A stretch of 64,000 nt of DNA from Tubulanus polymorphus (Eukaryota; Animalia; Nemertea). The DNA is taken from positions 19,785,910 to 19,849,909 of the forward strand of contig NC_134031.1 in NCBI RefSeq assembly GCF_964204645.1. Direction: 5' to 3'. Under the pieces are notes generated by a model that was not told the origin of the DNA, ran no database searches, and saw only the letters and a program-made list of their open reading frames with translations. Positions 1 through 13,600 of this stretch are shown here, piece after piece (position 1 is the first letter of the stretch; every line of letters begins with the position of its first letter). A program made the position numbers and the translations under genes.

Positions 1-1689
1 AATGTATTGATTGCTAATTTTATTGCGGTCTGCAAAATGACCCGGCCGATTTGGAGGAACGAGCCAATTTTTTAGCCTAATACCCAATTTTTGCGATTTT
101 GATATAATTTGTTTATGGATCGCATTAAGCGCGTTAATTTTGTATACTGGAAACGCATTTATCGCTACCAGAAAAAAAAAACTCAAAAGCTAATTCAAAA
201 TGAACCGCTTTTAAGTTGATTCGAAATTGGAAATTCTATACACTATTTCCTGCGTGGGACACTTTAGAAAAATATTCAAACATGCGACGGGTCGATATTT
301 CCCTCGGTTCTTATTCAAACGATTCATTTTGAAATCTGAATTAGATTCGTTTGAAGATCTGATTTCACGGATTTTCGGCGCAGTTACTGCTTCGATCGCG
401 TGATGTTCGACACTTTACGCGTACTGCCTAGATTTTCAGTCGGATTCATGTATATGAACTGCGTGTATTGAATTCGGTCGATGCATTATGTGTTTATGTC
501 CGCTGTCTTTTGTCAACTTTGTTTTTTGTGAAACGTGTTTTTCTTCAAATGACATATCATCATTTTCTCGTCACATGAAAATGACAAAAAAATAATTTTT
601 TGTATCCTTTTTACTCGTTCGTGTCCTCGTTGACAATGGGCGCTCTGTTTTTCTAAACCCACGCATATCAACGGCCTAAAAAGAGAAAGACGTTTGCGAT
701 GATATTTTGTAAAGAAATCTAAATCGTTTGATATCTATCGCATGGACACCGACTGATCGCAGAAAAAAATTCATTTCATCACAACCGCTATTTCTGAACT
801 ACCCTGTCAATGAATGTTATACCATCAAAAAGGAGGCAATGAACAGTGAATCAAATAAAGAAATATGAAGATAAAATGGTATTGTTAATCGTATGAATAA
901 CCGAGCAGGTGCAATAAGTATGTATTTCTGGGAACGGTCCGAAAGTTATGCATTTCCTCGATTGAAATCATAACAAAATTCCCTACTACCTGGATGAATA
1001 GGCAGCTAACGTAATGATTATTGGCGTTATTTCTTTCACAGAAATGCGATTTATTTGTTGATAAATTGTGATGACAATTCATAAAATCGTAAATAGATAA
1101 TACGGGATGTATTGGTATATTTTCTGCACGGCCTGAGGTTCCTCGACAATTACCCGATTATCGTTCTGAGTTCAGAGCTGTCTAATAACTGGTATTTTAC
1201 TCAGCACGGTTTTTCTCTGTGAATCGCGCCGATTTGCAATTCTTTCATCGACGACGACAACGAGCGAAACGATCACGTGTCAACGCATCCGGAAAAACGG
1301 ATCCGCCCATAAATTACCAAACGACATAATCATAGTCTACACGTACGACCGAGTCGACCAATTGTATGAGTTTCTCGTCGCGTAAGAGCTCTAGTTCGGC
1401 GAACGGTCGTTCGAGGACGCCGCGATAGACTCCACCCCGCTGATAGACAGATCTGGTGAAGTATTCAGGAAAGATTTCGCTGCCGTTGTTGTCATTAAGT
1501 CGAAAGTTATCGGACGGATCAGAACTTGCAGTAGAACTAATTGAGACAATCGCGAGGAGGGATTCTTACTGAAAGGTTTCAGCGCCAGAACTGTTCGCAG
1601 AGGAAAATATCAACCGGAGCTTCACGCGTCCCGTATCTTGGTTTTAAAAGTTTATCAACGCCGGCTTCAATCTGGGGACATTCGTCAGA

Positions 1690-4600
1690 ATGGTGGAGAA
1701 AACTTCAATGACCCTTTGCGAGAGAGGGGTCGAAGTAACTGGACCACTGGATTGTCAGCATCCACATCAACCAGGCATGACCAGCATCGATACACATATC
1801 CACAGTCAACCGATGACAATGGTATGTATACTACTTCATTACACCTTTCTCATTTTTCGTGAAATAATTCTCAAAAGGTTTGTTAACCCTGAAGTATCAA
1901 CTGTTGATCCTGATGGTGAATTCATATTTGGGATTAAGGTCTCTCTTCAATATCTTACGCTTTGCGTTTAGACTTTAGATCATTTTGAACATTACATGTT
2001 TGAATTTGAATGACAAACCTTAGCAATCTTTGTGTATAACTTTTCTTTCGATATCGGTTGAAAAGCTAATTCAAACCGAGTTGGCGCAAGCTGAGTTGAT
2101 ATTTGTCAGTAGAATATTCAAGATGTTAATCGAGAGTTTCACGTTTCCACGAATGTCAACCCCGGTCTTTGACTCTCGTGAAATTAGGTCGACTCGCTGC
2201 AGGAATACAAAATGTTTTGAAAGTATTTTTATCAAATCTATGAAAGAATGCGACTAGAATCTTTTAAAAAGGTACTTTTCTAAGTAAACACAGGTTTCCG
2301 AGGAACTTCGCCCAGCTGTTGGCTTTAGGGTCTTTAGTCGATACCACAGTACAACAACTTTCACCATTGTTGAAAGCTAAATTTCTATTTGTATCTATAC
2401 TTTGCGTGCGGACTGTCGAAAGCCGCATAAACTTTATGAAACTGTGAAATCTGAAATCTTAAATACGACAGGAATTAAGATCGAAATTTCGTGCTTTGAT
2501 AAAAGGTCTCTCAGATTTTAGTAGGAAATTATAAACGATGGATATTCATTGAGAATGCCAGATGGTAATAACCGACGCGCGCTGTGGTTTGTATTTTTTT
2601 CGCAACAAACACTTGACCAGATGTCATGAAGTTATTTTCGAGCCGTCTCGCCAAACGCTGTTTCTCAGATCTGAGTTATAATTCTCGCGCCGATATACGA
2701 TATTTTCTCAAGTCGTATAGCTTGCATTTTTCCGCGCACTTAAACGATATTTCTTATCTATGAAGTCAGTCGGTGTAAACGGCACGCGTCCACGATATGA
2801 AACCACTTATGAGCGCATTTTTTGAGCGGTGTCTGTTTTCTTAGGTGCGCTAAATTGTGATGGATCAAGTGGCCGAAATTTATGAGATAGGATGAGACGT
2901 TAAAGGTGTGACCGATCCGGTAAAACCACCACCTGTAAACCATCTTAGTAAATATCCTTGTATAAACAATTCAAACATTGATCTCATTTTCAGATTGATA
3001 AAAAAGAGCCGTTAATTTCATCAACGATTTCGAAATTCTAAAAAGATACTTTCATAATGTAATACGTACATATAAATCGATGGGAATATGAAAATTGATT
3101 TTTTGTTTGCGTGAACTGGAGGTCCACAGGTGTTGTCTGGCACATATCTTAACCCTTAAGAGTTCGATGTATACTTAGCATCCATTTTATTTTACATTTT
3201 AGTCGCCAGTTAGTACACGATCGGTCGGTATTTGCCTTCACAGCTGCTGCTGCTGCTGTGGTGGTTACTACATCACTTTTTATTCTATTGTTTGAATCGT
3301 TTGTGGCGCGGTCGGTTGCATGTTATAAAGTTACATTAAAATTCGATATAATGTCATCCAGCATGTATTCGACTGAAAATGGAAAATGGCTGTGAACGTG
3401 ATATATATATATATAAGTGACTTGTCTTACACAAAACTAAAAACTATTGCATTTATCGCCTACCATAATTTTTGAAAATGAATAATACATTTGAAAAGCA
3501 TGTGTTAAATATTTAGCTCGGGTGTTGGATAATGCAAAGACACTACCTGGAATCACAGTCACCACTCCCCTTGTCCAAGCCAATGAACCTACTAATTATA
3601 TGCACATCTTATCCGTCTATAGCCCCATTACTTGACACTTACATAAACATGATACGAAGCAAAAGGACATTCTCAGCAAAGCCATGAAGCCATCAGATGA
3701 CATCAGAGCTGTTTGTGAAATTTCTCCCAATACGCGATGTCATTATACATTTTGTGGCATTCGCAATGGCAAATTGTTTGATTTTACTTCGGTTCATTTT
3801 GTGTTCAAATTGTATTTTTTCTCTACTGCAGCAACCATTACCGTTGATGAAGACGGAGGAACACCCGAGTATTTGCGCCGGTTGTTCCGGTCGTATCGTC
3901 GACCGATTCTATCTGATGGCCGTGGATAAACAGTGGCACACGTCGTGTCTGAAATGTTCCGAATGTTGTCTACGACTCGACTCCGAATTGACTTGTTTCG
4001 CAAAAGACGGAAATATTTACTGCAAAGAAGATTATTACAGGTAGGCCCGAAGCGAAGGCTTTCTTTTCAATGATCTTTAGCAAAGTCAGAAGTAATCTCA
4101 GAATTTTTCCCGACCCGAAAACATTTACTTTTCGCACATACATGCAGAGGTGTATACGGGATTTAAGCGGTGGATTTACCCAGGCGTTTGGTTCTTCAAC
4201 GCTTATCATATGGCTTGCACACGCAGTTCAAAGTGAATCTTATATCACAACCAGTACGGCTATCGCCACTCACCACCCAGGATGGTCACGCCAGGTAGCC
4301 AAGTTTCTCCCACTGAGGCGTGATACATTGTGTCAGCTGTACGAGTACCGAAACAGATTCTTACGGTAAACTACACTTCTCGATTTAGCTGGTAGCGGCG
4401 GGGAAGAAATCGTATAGTCCAGCTACCCAACCGTGTTTCAGTACGACCGGATTTCTACCGGTGTTAGAAATAAACATTTCACGAAACAGTTCGTTGCGCG
4501 CACGTGCTGTGTCAATCAGATTACGTCACTTCCGCTGAACGGTCGAGTCGGTCAGTAGATATTCGATACGGCAGAAGCTGAGTTGTAACGGTTCGTTTGT

Positions 4601-7600
4601 TTACGCGGCCATGTCCTATATAATCTGTATGTTATGTATCATTGGCCAGGCTTCAGACAGCTGATCAGCTTGTTTGGATGATATTTTATTTCTCATATTC
4701 CGCACGCTGAAACTCGAGCGTTTTGCCTTCGTTATGACGTAACCACCGCGGCCCAGGCGCCTACAGGAAGATTTGAAAATCCCACGAAAAGCACAATAAC
4801 TATTTGTGAAAATCGTTGGAAAGATCAAATTCAATCAAATTCCGCTGAATTATTTCTGATTACGGTTATCTCAAGACCAAAACTGAGTGAACCGCAGAAG
4901 TGAAATGTCGATATAACTAAAAAAGCTTGTTCCCGCTATTATTATTAAAATCAAATTATCCATTTCATTTCGAAAAGGAAACCGTTTGATGAAAACGATT
5001 GACATAGAATCCAATATCTATTTGTTTTTCGGCCCGCAGCCTATTCGTAACAAATATGGTTTTTCGACGTATTAGATTCAGGTAAATCTGTGAACAAGAA
5101 TTTATTAGATATATTTTCCTAGTTCAACGCTCAATTAAGTAAACATACAAATATGATTTTAGAGGTTTTAAATTCAATCCGTTAAAATAAACGCCTTTAA
5201 TTCATTAGGTCGGGTAGAATAAACGAATTGATTTTTCTCTTCGGCTCCGAGATGTTTAAGTAATGTATATAACATCCATAAAAATATCGCGAACGGCGAT
5301 TCAATAATCGTGTAATCTTCGGTTTAATGGCTTAATATCGACGAATCACCATCATCCAGTTAACACCTGATACGCGCAGGCATCGATTTAATTTTCAAAA
5401 GCTTTTCAAAAGCGATGATGACGTTGAGCTTAAGCCCGTTAATGAATCGATAATCAACGATATCTGACGATGAGCACCTAGCGCGGACATCCGCCGGATA
5501 CGCGACAACAAAACTATCAAAACTGAACTCGGATGAAACGACGGATGATCGCGTAAAATTAGTTGAATTTGAGAACGATTCGATGAGTATCGTTGTAAGG
5601 ATTCTCAATCCGAGCTTTTGAAACAATTCAACCATTATTCGTCGATACAAGTGCATTAGATGTCGCGCTGTAGATGATGACCTGTGATTAGGGCCGATTA
5701 TTAGCTCTTCTCTCCGGGTGTAGCCACTTCGAATGAGAGACGAGATTCTTTTCTTTTAACCGCGTCCGAGATTGAGGAAATGCTCTTTTGATTTGCGTGT
5801 TATAATTACGTTTAACTATCTCATAGTTCTCACGTGTCAGCTTTTATGTAAACTCGACCATTTCTCACATCTCCTCATTCGAGGACTTCTTCTGTCGGTG
5901 ATGCGACAGTTAAATTTCACCTCGAAATGTCGGGCGCGTAGCTATTTCGGTTTGACAAAAAGATTACTTTTTTCCGTACTTAAGACAACTTTATAGAAAT
6001 AGCGCGCAGATTTAGATGAAAGGAAGTGATGAGTAAAACTATCAGTGTTAATGATTATGAATGATGATAATGATTAATCCCACAATGATGATATTTCAAA
6101 GTTTATTTATCAGATATTTCGAGATTTATCTTAATCCTATCTTCATCGCTGTCCAGTGATGTTTCCATTTCGGTTTCATTCCGTTTCCCTGAGATGGGAT
6201 TAAGATAAATCCGATAGATAAACTTAGGAATATCAACATTGGACATTATTCATTATCGGTATAAAGTGGTTTAACGTACAGAAGCGTCACTGCACGCCAA
6301 ATGAAATTGTTGCTTAGAAAAATATTCGTCCCATGGCGCTATTATAACTAGTGTTTCCATAACTGAATTGTGAGTGTACTTCGTTGCAAAACGCACTATT
6401 ATCATTCAATGGAATGAAAACTTGATTTGAAGGCGGCACACTTTCTTAAACTCACTGGTGCGGTAGTATTCGCTATCATGTTATATTTGCGTTTGGGAGT
6501 TAGATATACTAAACGTTTGTCACCCGAAACGATTAAAACCCACTTGAAAGCTGAAATTCTAAGGCTGTATTTATAAACAGATTTGTCCATTTTGTAAGCG
6601 TTGTCGTCGCGATGGGATGTCCAATACAAACTCATGGCAACCTTTGTAAAACGAGTTTGTCTATTCAACGAATTGACGCTTCGTTACGCGAAATGTGTTA
6701 CACGTCGTACACAATTGAAATATAGGAAAGTTTTCACGAACTCGCGAGAAAAAGAATCACTTTTTAATAGATGTTTGTTGTCGATCGGAAATTAGATATC
6801 TTCAAATAGTTAACGCCGCGAAATACGAGATGGAAACCCACTGTTACATACAGCTAGATAGAAAGAATTATCAGGACCAGTTGGCTGTAGATTGGCTCGG
6901 GATTGCATCCAGTATCAGTCCCATAGTTCGGTTAGAAAAATAGATTTAAGGTGGAAACATTAATCAGTAACTGAAATGAAACAAGGCCCTGAATACAATC
7001 CAGATTCTTATGGCTCAATGAAAACTATATAGAAACGTTTGGCAACGTGTTGCATTTCAATAAGTACTCGGTTAGCCTGCTACTTCAATCTCTACTCCGA
7101 TTTTTTCTGCTCTATTCAACAGTATCGACGGGGGAGTCTTTTGTGTTAAACGTTTCAAACCCTTTACATTTTCAATAGAAATCGATAGCAGATATTACAT
7201 AGCCATTTTAAACCCATCATCGCAGATGTCAAATTTCAGATCGGTGGCGGGCGGCGTCCATCATTGCCACCCGGCTAACGGCAGTTCCGATTCTCCACCA
7301 CTAAGCCGGATTACCAGAGTCAGAAACTCTTGACTTATTATTAATTGTAAGAGCTATTGTTATTCGGTACGTGAACGCACGTGTTTGCATCAGTGCAACC
7401 ATCCGGTTCGAATAGCCCGGAATACCAGTGGCTCATGTAACATGCATGTAGATATGTTGCATTAGTCTGTAATTATCAGATTCCGTATTCACGGTTGATT
7501 TACTGCTATAGTTAATCGTCTGCTTATAATTTATGATCACTTTGTTAGCGAGGTTTACGCCTAATGAATTGTTGATTGTCGTCGATCCTCTGTCATATTT

Positions 7601-10600
7601 ATTTATATACATGTACAGTATCTATAACGTTATGTACAGTTTTATGCCGGAGGCTGTATAAATGATACGGCTAATGCTGCAGGCTCAATCACATATAACG
7701 CCTTTCCTCTCAACTTATATTTGATTAAATTAATGACCTATATACAGTGTTAAAAGCTACTGGAATCGGCTTAAATTCGTTAATTGAAAAGAAATAACGC
7801 GACATCATATTCTGAAATATAGATGAAAACACGCAAGTAATCGAAAATATCCTCGCTGAGAGATCGGATCCATGGAACAACAAAGAGTTTCGATTTTCCA
7901 TTTCTATATCATCGTGATGTTTTCGAATCTGTCGAACGGTTTTTGATTAACGTTTGACCTGTCTCGAGGCAATTCAAACTATTGTGCACTGGGTTTGAGC
8001 AAAATTCGAAAGAAAACGTCAATATTCTTAAAACAAAATTTCGACGGATAAAGTGAGAGCAGAACGGTACATTAACGCTTTAACCTATTGTATTCACATA
8101 TTAATAGAAAATATTTCAGTATTTAACGTTCACCCTTGAAGTTATTTGCTTTGCTGACATAATGTTTATAATATAGAGGAAATCTTTGAACGCCTTGCCG
8201 TCAATCATTGTCAATAATGAGATTGTGAGAAATTGACATCTGCATCATTTCGTTTCTATCGTTCTGCACCAGTTGCTCGAGTCTTGGAGAATTATCGTTC
8301 TTACTTTCTGTTTCAATGTAAACTATAAGCTTGGCGCAACCCCTCCAAGAATCGACATTCCATTCCCTGATCTATAGGTATTTTCAATGATGTACTTTAA
8401 CCTCTGTAAGATTTTTTATTCTGTCGTTCAGGATAATATATGTCCCCGTAACATTTGAAAATTAGACTTCGATTTTTGGTGGACAGCTTCAGATTTGAAA
8501 CATTGTTTGAAAAACTTGGGATTTTAGCACTTGAGCAGGACATCTACAGACATCTTGATTACATCATTCACGAAAGTAAAAGATTTCTCATTCCGTGGAC
8601 GTAACTTTGAAACCCTTTGAAATCCTCTGGTTTCGGACGCTTGAAAGTGAGAAGCGTCCAGCGATGAAATGACAATAGATGCTCGAAAAATAATTGAGGA
8701 GTTTTTGTCCGATGTCCATCGCCACACGTGAATACGATGTGTGAAATAATATTATGCGCTTAAGAGACCGGTGATTCAGCTATAGAACTATAGTGAATAA
8801 CAAGCGAAAGTTGAAACGAAATGTTTCAAACTGGATGTTTCATTATTCTCACTAGTATCTCAGACATATGAAGTGGCTTTACGGGAGGCTGACGTGTAAA
8901 GAGGACAACTCGTTCAACAATAATTGCAAACTTAAGAAACAGATTTGGCTGGTCCCATAAATAATTCACCATTGTCAGTTTATTTAAAGGGAATTTATTG
9001 TCGTTTATGTATGGAAGTTTGTAGCGATTGTGACGCCCGACGGGTGGTCAGAGGTTACAATGCTCAGCAAGTGCTCCGCGTTTGGGAAAATATCTTCTAG
9101 CTAAATAGTTTTCAATATCCGCTCACGGCGGGATTCAAACGTGGCCGAGATTTAGCTGAATGAGTTGGCGGACTGGATGAATGCGAGCTTTGAAGGGGCA
9201 GCTTTAAGAACCGAGATCCCGTCCCAGTAAGGTTTGCTCGCAGGCAAATACCCCATGAGCGTGAACACCGCGCTGTGGCCCAACGATTGTCTACGGCGAG
9301 ACTGTTCCCCAGATGCACAGTTTTCCCCCGTCGCGTTCTTCAAACTGAACGTCTCTTCGTTCCCCGGTCACAGCGAGATGGAATGCTTGAAATACTGTAC
9401 ATATTTTGAAAAGTAACAGAGCCGTGTTTATCGAAGTCGAAACGCGAGTATTGTTCGCCCCAAAAAAACGACATACCGCCACAGTTTTTCCCCGTTTAAA
9501 TACCGGTAACACCACGCTGGTAACCGGACTATACGCCGTTATTTTCCATGAAAAAAAATCGATGTTTTTTCGACAAAGCCATCAGGTACGAGTTGGCCAA
9601 TTCTATGTAAAAGCAACAAAATTTTCCACCATTATCTTGATTTTTGAAAGCAGTAAAAACAACACAGCTATTAGGTCTAATCCTCGCTAGAAAAAATGCC
9701 TATAATCATTATTTTCGTTCTTAGGAATTTCGATAGAGCTTAGATATATGTCCTGAAAATATAATTTCTTATTGGAACATTCATTTTAGAAACGGATTTT
9801 CTCGGCAAATAGAGTTTTAAAAGGTGAATAGTCGATGCAGTATAGTGCACGGTTTTATCTAAAGTTCTGTTAGCGTTCCCACTGTTACAGCGCGTATATT
9901 ATCTGTTCCCGATGTCGATTGTGGCAGACTAAGGATTAAGCGCCCGACATGATACCTCCCATGACATCCTACTCAATAGAAATCTGCGCTGAGGAGAGAA
10001 AAAAACATCCCGACTCTCGGCAAAGCGATAAAAAGTATTCATGCGTACATTTTTGTCCATTTGTATTAGACTGGATTTTGTACTGGGTATCGTCACGTCA
10101 TGGTCGTTTTTGCTATGCGGGTTTCATCAAGACGACATTATAATTCCATCGATCATCTTTTGTATTAATTACCTTTTACCTCTTATACACGTGGAATTTG
10201 TAAATATAAGTGCTATTAGAAGTTTTGTTATAACAGTTATGTATATATATATATATTCTATTTTCTTCCTCATCTTGTTAATATTCTTGTCACTTATGGT
10301 CATGTAATATTGATTTAAAAGACAATAAACATTAATTGAATTAATTGAATTGTATTATTCTCCTAACAGACGTTCTGTTCATCTTTCACCGTCATTCTCG
10401 TCGTCATTGAAACACGAGAAAGTAACGTTGAAAGATTTGTCCCTTTATCCTGAATGGCTGATCATAAACACTTGATCTCATCCGAAGATGATATTCTGTG
10501 TGGAGCGCTGGCTTTTTTCCGGCGTTTTCTATTTCGTGTGCGTATATTCTCGTATATAAAATACATCTGAAATCATTTGGTCTAGATCGCCGTATAAAAC

Positions 10601-13600
10601 AAACAGAACTCCTGTCTGCGTAGAAAAACAGGCTTCTACCCGAAATAAAGAACATAACTGGCTACTTGCTCTCTTGAGCGCGATCGCGGCACCCCTGATA
10701 TATATCTACCTCGTCGAAGATATCTTTCTATAAAATGTAGAACGTCCATATTCCGTACTAAAGCTATCGAAGACAAATATTTTGAAAACCTGAAAATTTG
10801 ATTAGTACTTGTTTTTGTTTCTATGTTAAGTGGGGGCCGGTAGAGGTGATATGACAGATGGGGTTCAGTGCCTATAGACTGTATAATGCGCCTAGATGCC
10901 AAGTCTCTTGTAACCTTATTCTAAAAACTAAATTGTATTTATGATTCGTTGTAATATGGATTACGTAAAATCAATTGTACATGTATAATCATGTTTTCAC
11001 AATGAAATACAAGTACGATATCGATGTTTCTAAATGCGCATTGTAAAATTCCCAGTCACTCTGAATAAAATTCGAACTTTTGAATCAACATTGTTTGAAT
11101 TGCTGCCAAAGCTGTTTTTGTGATCGTATAAATTTACCAAACCTTTTTGGATTTGTGAAATTCGGATTTAAATTTCTGGTACTTTCTAGCAATAGATTTA
11201 ACGCGTATAAGATACGAAGATCCGCACCACCGCCAACGCCGCTGAGAGTGGGTTATAGCCAGATGTCGAAAACTCAACGACACTTCTAAAATAATGTTGA
11301 ATATTTCATTGCTATCGATTTTGCTCTTCAAACTGCAATTGACGTACGTGTGTATTCGATTCTACGTTAGGTCGAATTACTGTTCATATTTACGTTATTT
11401 TTTCAAATTATGAATTATTTTTGATCAACAACAGACTACGTCATTGCACTTATCCAGCCCCTCACTAACTTCTAGAAAATTCCTATAATTTCCAAGAGAA
11501 AAGTTTGATTATTGCTAATTACAAGATACAGCGCATCAAGTATTCATAATTTGTTGGTTAAGCGTGTCCATTTTGCATAAAATATTTTACTGTTTTTACA
11601 TGAAAGTGGGTGCGGGAATCATGTACTGCAAACACGTCTGTGGTCTTCCCTTGCTATAAATACTGCGCGTAACAAAAGTATCGGTAGCTTTGTGAATTCT
11701 ACGATCTATCGGTCAATCGGTCAATAATATCATCGATGACCAAACGTTTCGATCGGCGCGAGTTTGTGAACAAACATTGACCGTTGACGAGTACGTGTTG
11801 ATTTTCGAAGCTTATGGTCGATATTTGCTCATCAAAAATCTATTGGATATTTATTCAGGAGATGTAGTCAGGGTTGTTAACGTGCGTTCTGTTGTTTGGT
11901 TCCGTACTGATATTCACCGTTGCTCATTATAAATTTAACGGAACGTTTAGTACGCCATGTATGTTTCCTTATTGGTGATGACAATATCGTGCAGGGATCA
12001 ACTTTTGATTTCGAAACCTCTGTAAATAAACAGATATTTCAATGAGATAAGCTTGTTGGAAAACTAAGTACCTTCGGGTGGGATTCGTCGTTCGTGTTTC
12101 ATCCCGTATCGCCCAACTCTTCATGCTGCAATTTCAGACGACATTATCCGCATTATCATCCACGCCGCGAGTCGTGTATACTATCACAGGGTCATCTGCC
12201 AATGATGTCTCAGTTTGCAACGGGATTCTTTTGGCTTCCCGACGTGATCTGAACACACTTGAAAAAAAAAGAAACTTCGCACACAGAGGACAGCGTGAAC
12301 CGTCCTCGAAGTGGGGATCCTACTTGACAAGCAAATCCAATTTAGAAACGACTTAAAACGTTCATTATGTCTTTTGTAGCGAAAACAAATTCGCATAAAA
12401 GTGGTATCTAAAAGACGCTTCGGGCGCTTCAATCTTCTCCAAGTGCCATTTAGCCTCGGGCGAAACCCCAGAGCTATTGTCTAAAGGCGTCGAATTGCAT
12501 TCGTGAAAAAACCCGTCGGCCAGGAGCCCGCCGGGGTTTTTGTTCGTGTATAGCAAAAAGTAGATTTTACATGCCGTCTTTAAGATAATTCAATGAAAGA
12601 AAATCTTAACAGAAAAAAGAGGGGAACATTGAACTTGATTTTTTTTCAAAATTTTGATCCAAATATAGCTAGACAAAGACTGTAGACAAAGGTTTTCGTA
12701 AGCCTTATACAACTCTTGTTTTCAAATAAATATATGTTCGTAACCTGAACAAGAATTCGTGAGATTTTTAAAGAGTTTGATCGTTGGTTCATGCATACAC
12801 ATATTGTATAATGCTTATGTTTCTGTAAGTCCTTAAAAATAAGTTAGTCCAATCTTTTAATTCGTTTATGACACGTAAATTAGGGAATAACTGCAAATTA
12901 CACCCAGAAGTGGAAAAACGGATGAAATGTCATTCTCGTTACGTATCTATTAAGTGCAGATGTGTTTTTGATGAAAAATGCTTGACGTTGAAAAATACTG
13001 CAGGTCCTTTCTTCACACAAGTGTTACAAGTACCGCGTAATAGGCAATATTCGAATATCCGATGGCAATGATTACATACTCATAATCTGATAACTATTGT
13101 GACATTTCATAAAGCTGAAAGTTCAAAACCTTATCCGAAATGTCATCATCGCTTGAAGTCAAACGAAAGCCTAATAATGATACATTTCTCGCAGGTGGCA
13201 TTTTGACGTAATTATACGAAGAAAATACGTTACGTCACCAACAACTGTTTGCCTGTAAAATATTATAACTTATAGTTTTCAAAGTCTTAAAGACAATGAT
13301 AACGTGTCGTACGTCACAGAATCCCAATTTACTGCAATGCTTGTTACTGTAGACGTTGTTATCAAAGCGAAACTAATCCACGTTTGGTGATGAAATCATA
13401 CCCGTGTTTTTGTCGAAAAGATTATTATGTATCTTTGTGATTTACAATGAACGTCACGTATATGCTTTATACATCGGCATACTTTTTATGGAATTGTTTC
13501 AATCTTTTTCAGAAGGTTTGCCGTAAAAAGATGCGCCCGCTGTCACATGGGAATCGCCGCTAACGAACTGGTGATGAGGGCGAAAGATTGCGTTTATCAT

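Noticed and set aside
6140-6200. Third hammerhead-like core in the 6.1-kb palindrome (minus strand)
   Set aside because: No CUGANGA box; only a weak CGG..CCGAAA resemblance.
12506-12541. GC hairpin flanked by A and T runs, like a bacterial intrinsic terminator
   Set aside because: It lies in a eukaryotic Pol II intron and the stem is imperfect; no supporting context.
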